In this document: one piece after another, positions 61,601 to 64,000 of the stretch
How positions within the stretch are numbered: position 1 is the stretch's first letter
How the letters are laid out: every line of letters starts with the position of its first letter
From: Paraspadella gotoi
Lineage: Eukaryota; Animalia; Chaetognatha
DNA: 64,000 nucleotides
Reading direction: 5' to 3'
Assembly (NCBI GenBank): GCA_051294375.1
Contig: CM119266.1
Span: forward strand, 17,664,087-17,728,086
Notes under the pieces: model-generated
The model's input: only the letters and a program-made list of their open reading frames with translations
The model's database searches: none
Told to the model about the DNA's origin: nothing
Program-made: the position numbers and the translations under genes

Positions 61601-63449
61601 AGATTCGCTTCAGATCCGGATCGTGGTTCATGTCCCTCAGAGGAGAACCTTCTGGAGACGGCTTTCGCGAGACGCGTGGAGATTGCTCGGAGTGGTCTGC
61701 GGTTGACTCAGAGCAGTTCAGGATTGGCACTTGGACCCTCAGGTTTTTCGCCGGATTGCCAAGATCTTGGTCTTCCTCAGAGCAACCTGTTTGCGACGAG
61801 TTCCTCCGTCAGGTGCCCCGATTCTTCTCTTGGAGGATGGAAGAAGATGCGGAGGAGCTCGACGCCCTGAGTCAAGTCTGGGTTTTCGATCGAGCCTTTT
61901 TTTTCCTCCCCTCCCTTTGATCCCTCGAGTGATCTTCAAGTTGAGGGAGGCAGTGGGGGAGTTCCTGTTGGTGACTCCGTTTTGGCCAGCCCAGAAGTGG
62001 TTCCTCTCTTACTGGATCTTCATGTGCTGGAGGTGCGCCGCCTACCTTGGTCTCGCCGATTGGTGGTCGACCTGGCCTTGGACGACATTCCGTCGCTCCT
62101 AGATCGCTCAAGTTGGTCGTCTGGAGGATTATCGGCGGGCGCACGGACTCTCAGACGTCAGCAATTGACCTTCTCTCTCATTGTCAAGAGTTGGAGATTC
62201 TCCGCTGGTTCCCGTTTCGAAAGGGCTTGGAAGTCCTTCGTCTCTTTCCTTCAAGGTCGGGACCTTCGAGGAGATCAAGCTTCTGTGAAGGGTGTGCTGG
62301 ATTATCACGCCCATCTTAGTGACAACGGATTGTCCTATAGCACCATCTTTTTGCATAGATCGGCGATTTCTGCGACTTTGCCTTTGGTGGGGGGTGCTCC
62401 TTTCGGTCAGCACCCATTGGTTTGCCGTCTACTCAAAGGAGTTTTTCAGCTACGGCCTCCTTCGCGCCGGATCACCCAGCTTGGAGTGTGGCTGCGGTTT
62501 TGCGCGTTTTTGATGTGATGCCATTTCCGCTATCACCTATGACATTCTACGCAAGACTACGTTTCTTCTTGCTTTGGCTTCCGCCAGGCGACCTTCTGAA
62601 TTGGTCTCCTTGCGATGTGGTCCAGACCACATGTTTTTGGTTGAGGATCACATTCGTTTCGTGCCCTCCAGGCTTTCCAAGACGGATCGGATTCGTCATC
62701 TTGGCCCTGTTTTTCGTTTGATCGACTGACCGGTTCTGTTCGATGCCCGGTCCTGGCCTTGCATTCCTGGTTGTCCGTCAGACAAGTTCTACGGCCTCAG
62801 CACGATTTTCTCTTCTCTTCCCCGCGCCGCCTCATGGACCTTTGTCTCTCCAGCGTTTTTCCGCTCTGATCAAGTCTATCTTTAGAGATGCGGACATTGA
62901 CGCGCCTCCTGGATCAACTCGCGCTATGGCAGTTTCAGAGGCCTTCGCTAAAGGAGTGGACTTGGACGTCATTCTTCGTGCTGGAGATTGGTCGGGCGCT
63001 CAGACTTTCTTCCGCTTTTATTGTCGGGAGTCCGGCTTGGGTTTCTCTCAGCGGGGTCTTGTGGATGAGTGATTTCTCTTTCCGATGCATCCTGGAAGAT
63101 GGAGCTGAGAGGAGGAAGAGGAGGAGAGGAGCAGGAGGAGGAGGAGTCTGCTCCTTCTGCTTTTCTCTTTTGTCTTTCTTGTGGACACACGACATCTGGA
63201 ACAAAAGAGCATTGGCGTGGTGGAGAGGAGCCATGAAGAATCCCGGTTCCACTTGGAACCATAAATTCTTTTGATTAGTGATTAATCCGTTACAGGGCGA
63301 TCATCGACAAGGAGTTTTGTTTGGACGACATCGAAGAAGCTCATAAATACATGGAATCAAACACGAACATCGGAAAAATCGTTTTGTACGTAAAAATTTA
63401 CAAAGTCGCTTTTTTATCGGAAAACGACGACGAAAAAGATGAACTTTAA
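55668..63449 (+). CDS. TP53I3: Quinone oxidoreductase PIG3-like (MDR family), ~346 aa from ATG 55668; 5' end uncertain
   Basis: Exons 55668-55866, 57009-57181, 57275-57632, 57782-57938, 63296-63449 total 1041 nt. Motifs [81 protein letters not shown]; ends KDEL*. Confidence 0.9.
56074..56996 (+). mobile_element. Non-coding DIRS-related element with ~130-bp ITRs
   Basis: 56087-56218 is an imperfect inverted copy of ~56830-56960. The right end CATGAAGAATCCCGGTTCCATGCGGAACCATAAATT matches the right end of the DIRS at 63232-63267. Confidence 0.8.
58202..63269 (+). mobile_element. Decayed DIRS-type tyrosine-recombinase retrotransposon in the last intron of TP53I3
   Basis: ITRs 58213-58375 / 63068-63231 plus right extension to 63269; ICR-like 59377-59470. 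Frameshifted RT ([10 protein letters not shown], ~60750), RNase H (TTDAS..HITAKE..KTDS), methyltransferase-like ([28 protein letters not shown]) and YR ([35 protein letters not shown]). Confidence 0.9.
58480..58800. repeat. ~22-bp tandem minisatellite inside the 5' region of the DIRS
   Basis: More than 10 degenerate copies of CCTGTTG(A/G)AATACTTGGATATT. Confidence 0.85.
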
Positions 63450-63734
63450 AAAAGAAAGTAAAAAAAGAATCGAGTGTAAAGAAATCCATGCAGGTTATGG
63501 GTTTTTCAACAAAAAAAATTAAACTTGCTTTGTTTTAAAATAAAAAAACGGTACTTATACATGCATAAATATACATATATATGAAAGCAATTTACATCAA
63601 AACAATTTATTCGTTCATTTACAAAAGTACTACTAGTCCCTTTTTCGGCTTTTCTTTTTTGTAACGTGTACGTCGTATCGGCGTGAAATCAGTGCTAAAC
63701 GTTTTTCTCTTATTCGTGATGCTCCTGTATGGAG

Positions 63735-63843
<109 letters not shown>

Positions 63844-64000
63844 CCCCTCTCTTTCACGCTCAGTAATTATATTCGCTCTTTCTTTCGGTGCGTGGTGTGT
63901 CGTCTTATTGACTCAGTCGCAATAAAACAAAGTTCTGTATAATCGTACTTCATCGATTGTCTTGGGTTCAAAATCTCGATCGTTACGTTCGCTCATTATA

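Overview
Eukaryotic, almost certainly animal (invertebrate-like) genomic DNA: AT-rich, microsatellite-rich introns and GC-rich exons. All exon structures were assembled by eye from GT-AG sites and reading-frame continuity. Ten host genes can be assembled and all lie on the + strand: the 3' end of a single-pass membrane protein, a plant-type C2-domain phospholipase D with an MGCC acylation motif, NFX1, PRPF6, MRPL28, MRPS21, VRK1, PDS5, an IQ-motif+SCHIP1 gene, and a PIG3/TP53I3-like quinone oxidoreductase ending in KDEL. From NFX1 onward most genes are only about 270-770 bp apart and have acceptor-like sites upstream of the ATG, suggesting a trans-spliced operon-like cluster. About 30% of the inferred acceptors are AAG. 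The introns hold many mobile elements with recognisable boundaries: a 4.4-kb hAT-like transposon with a 7-bp TSD in PRPF6, plus two copies of a non-autonomous element that also has 7-bp TSDs; a complete tRNA-box-bearing TRIM (Helenus-like) and four related solo LTRs sharing covarying hairpins; and a decayed DIRS retrotransposon whose internal complementary region lies 5' of the ORFs, with a ~0.9-kb non-coding relative in the same gene. Family names come from motif recognition, not database searches.
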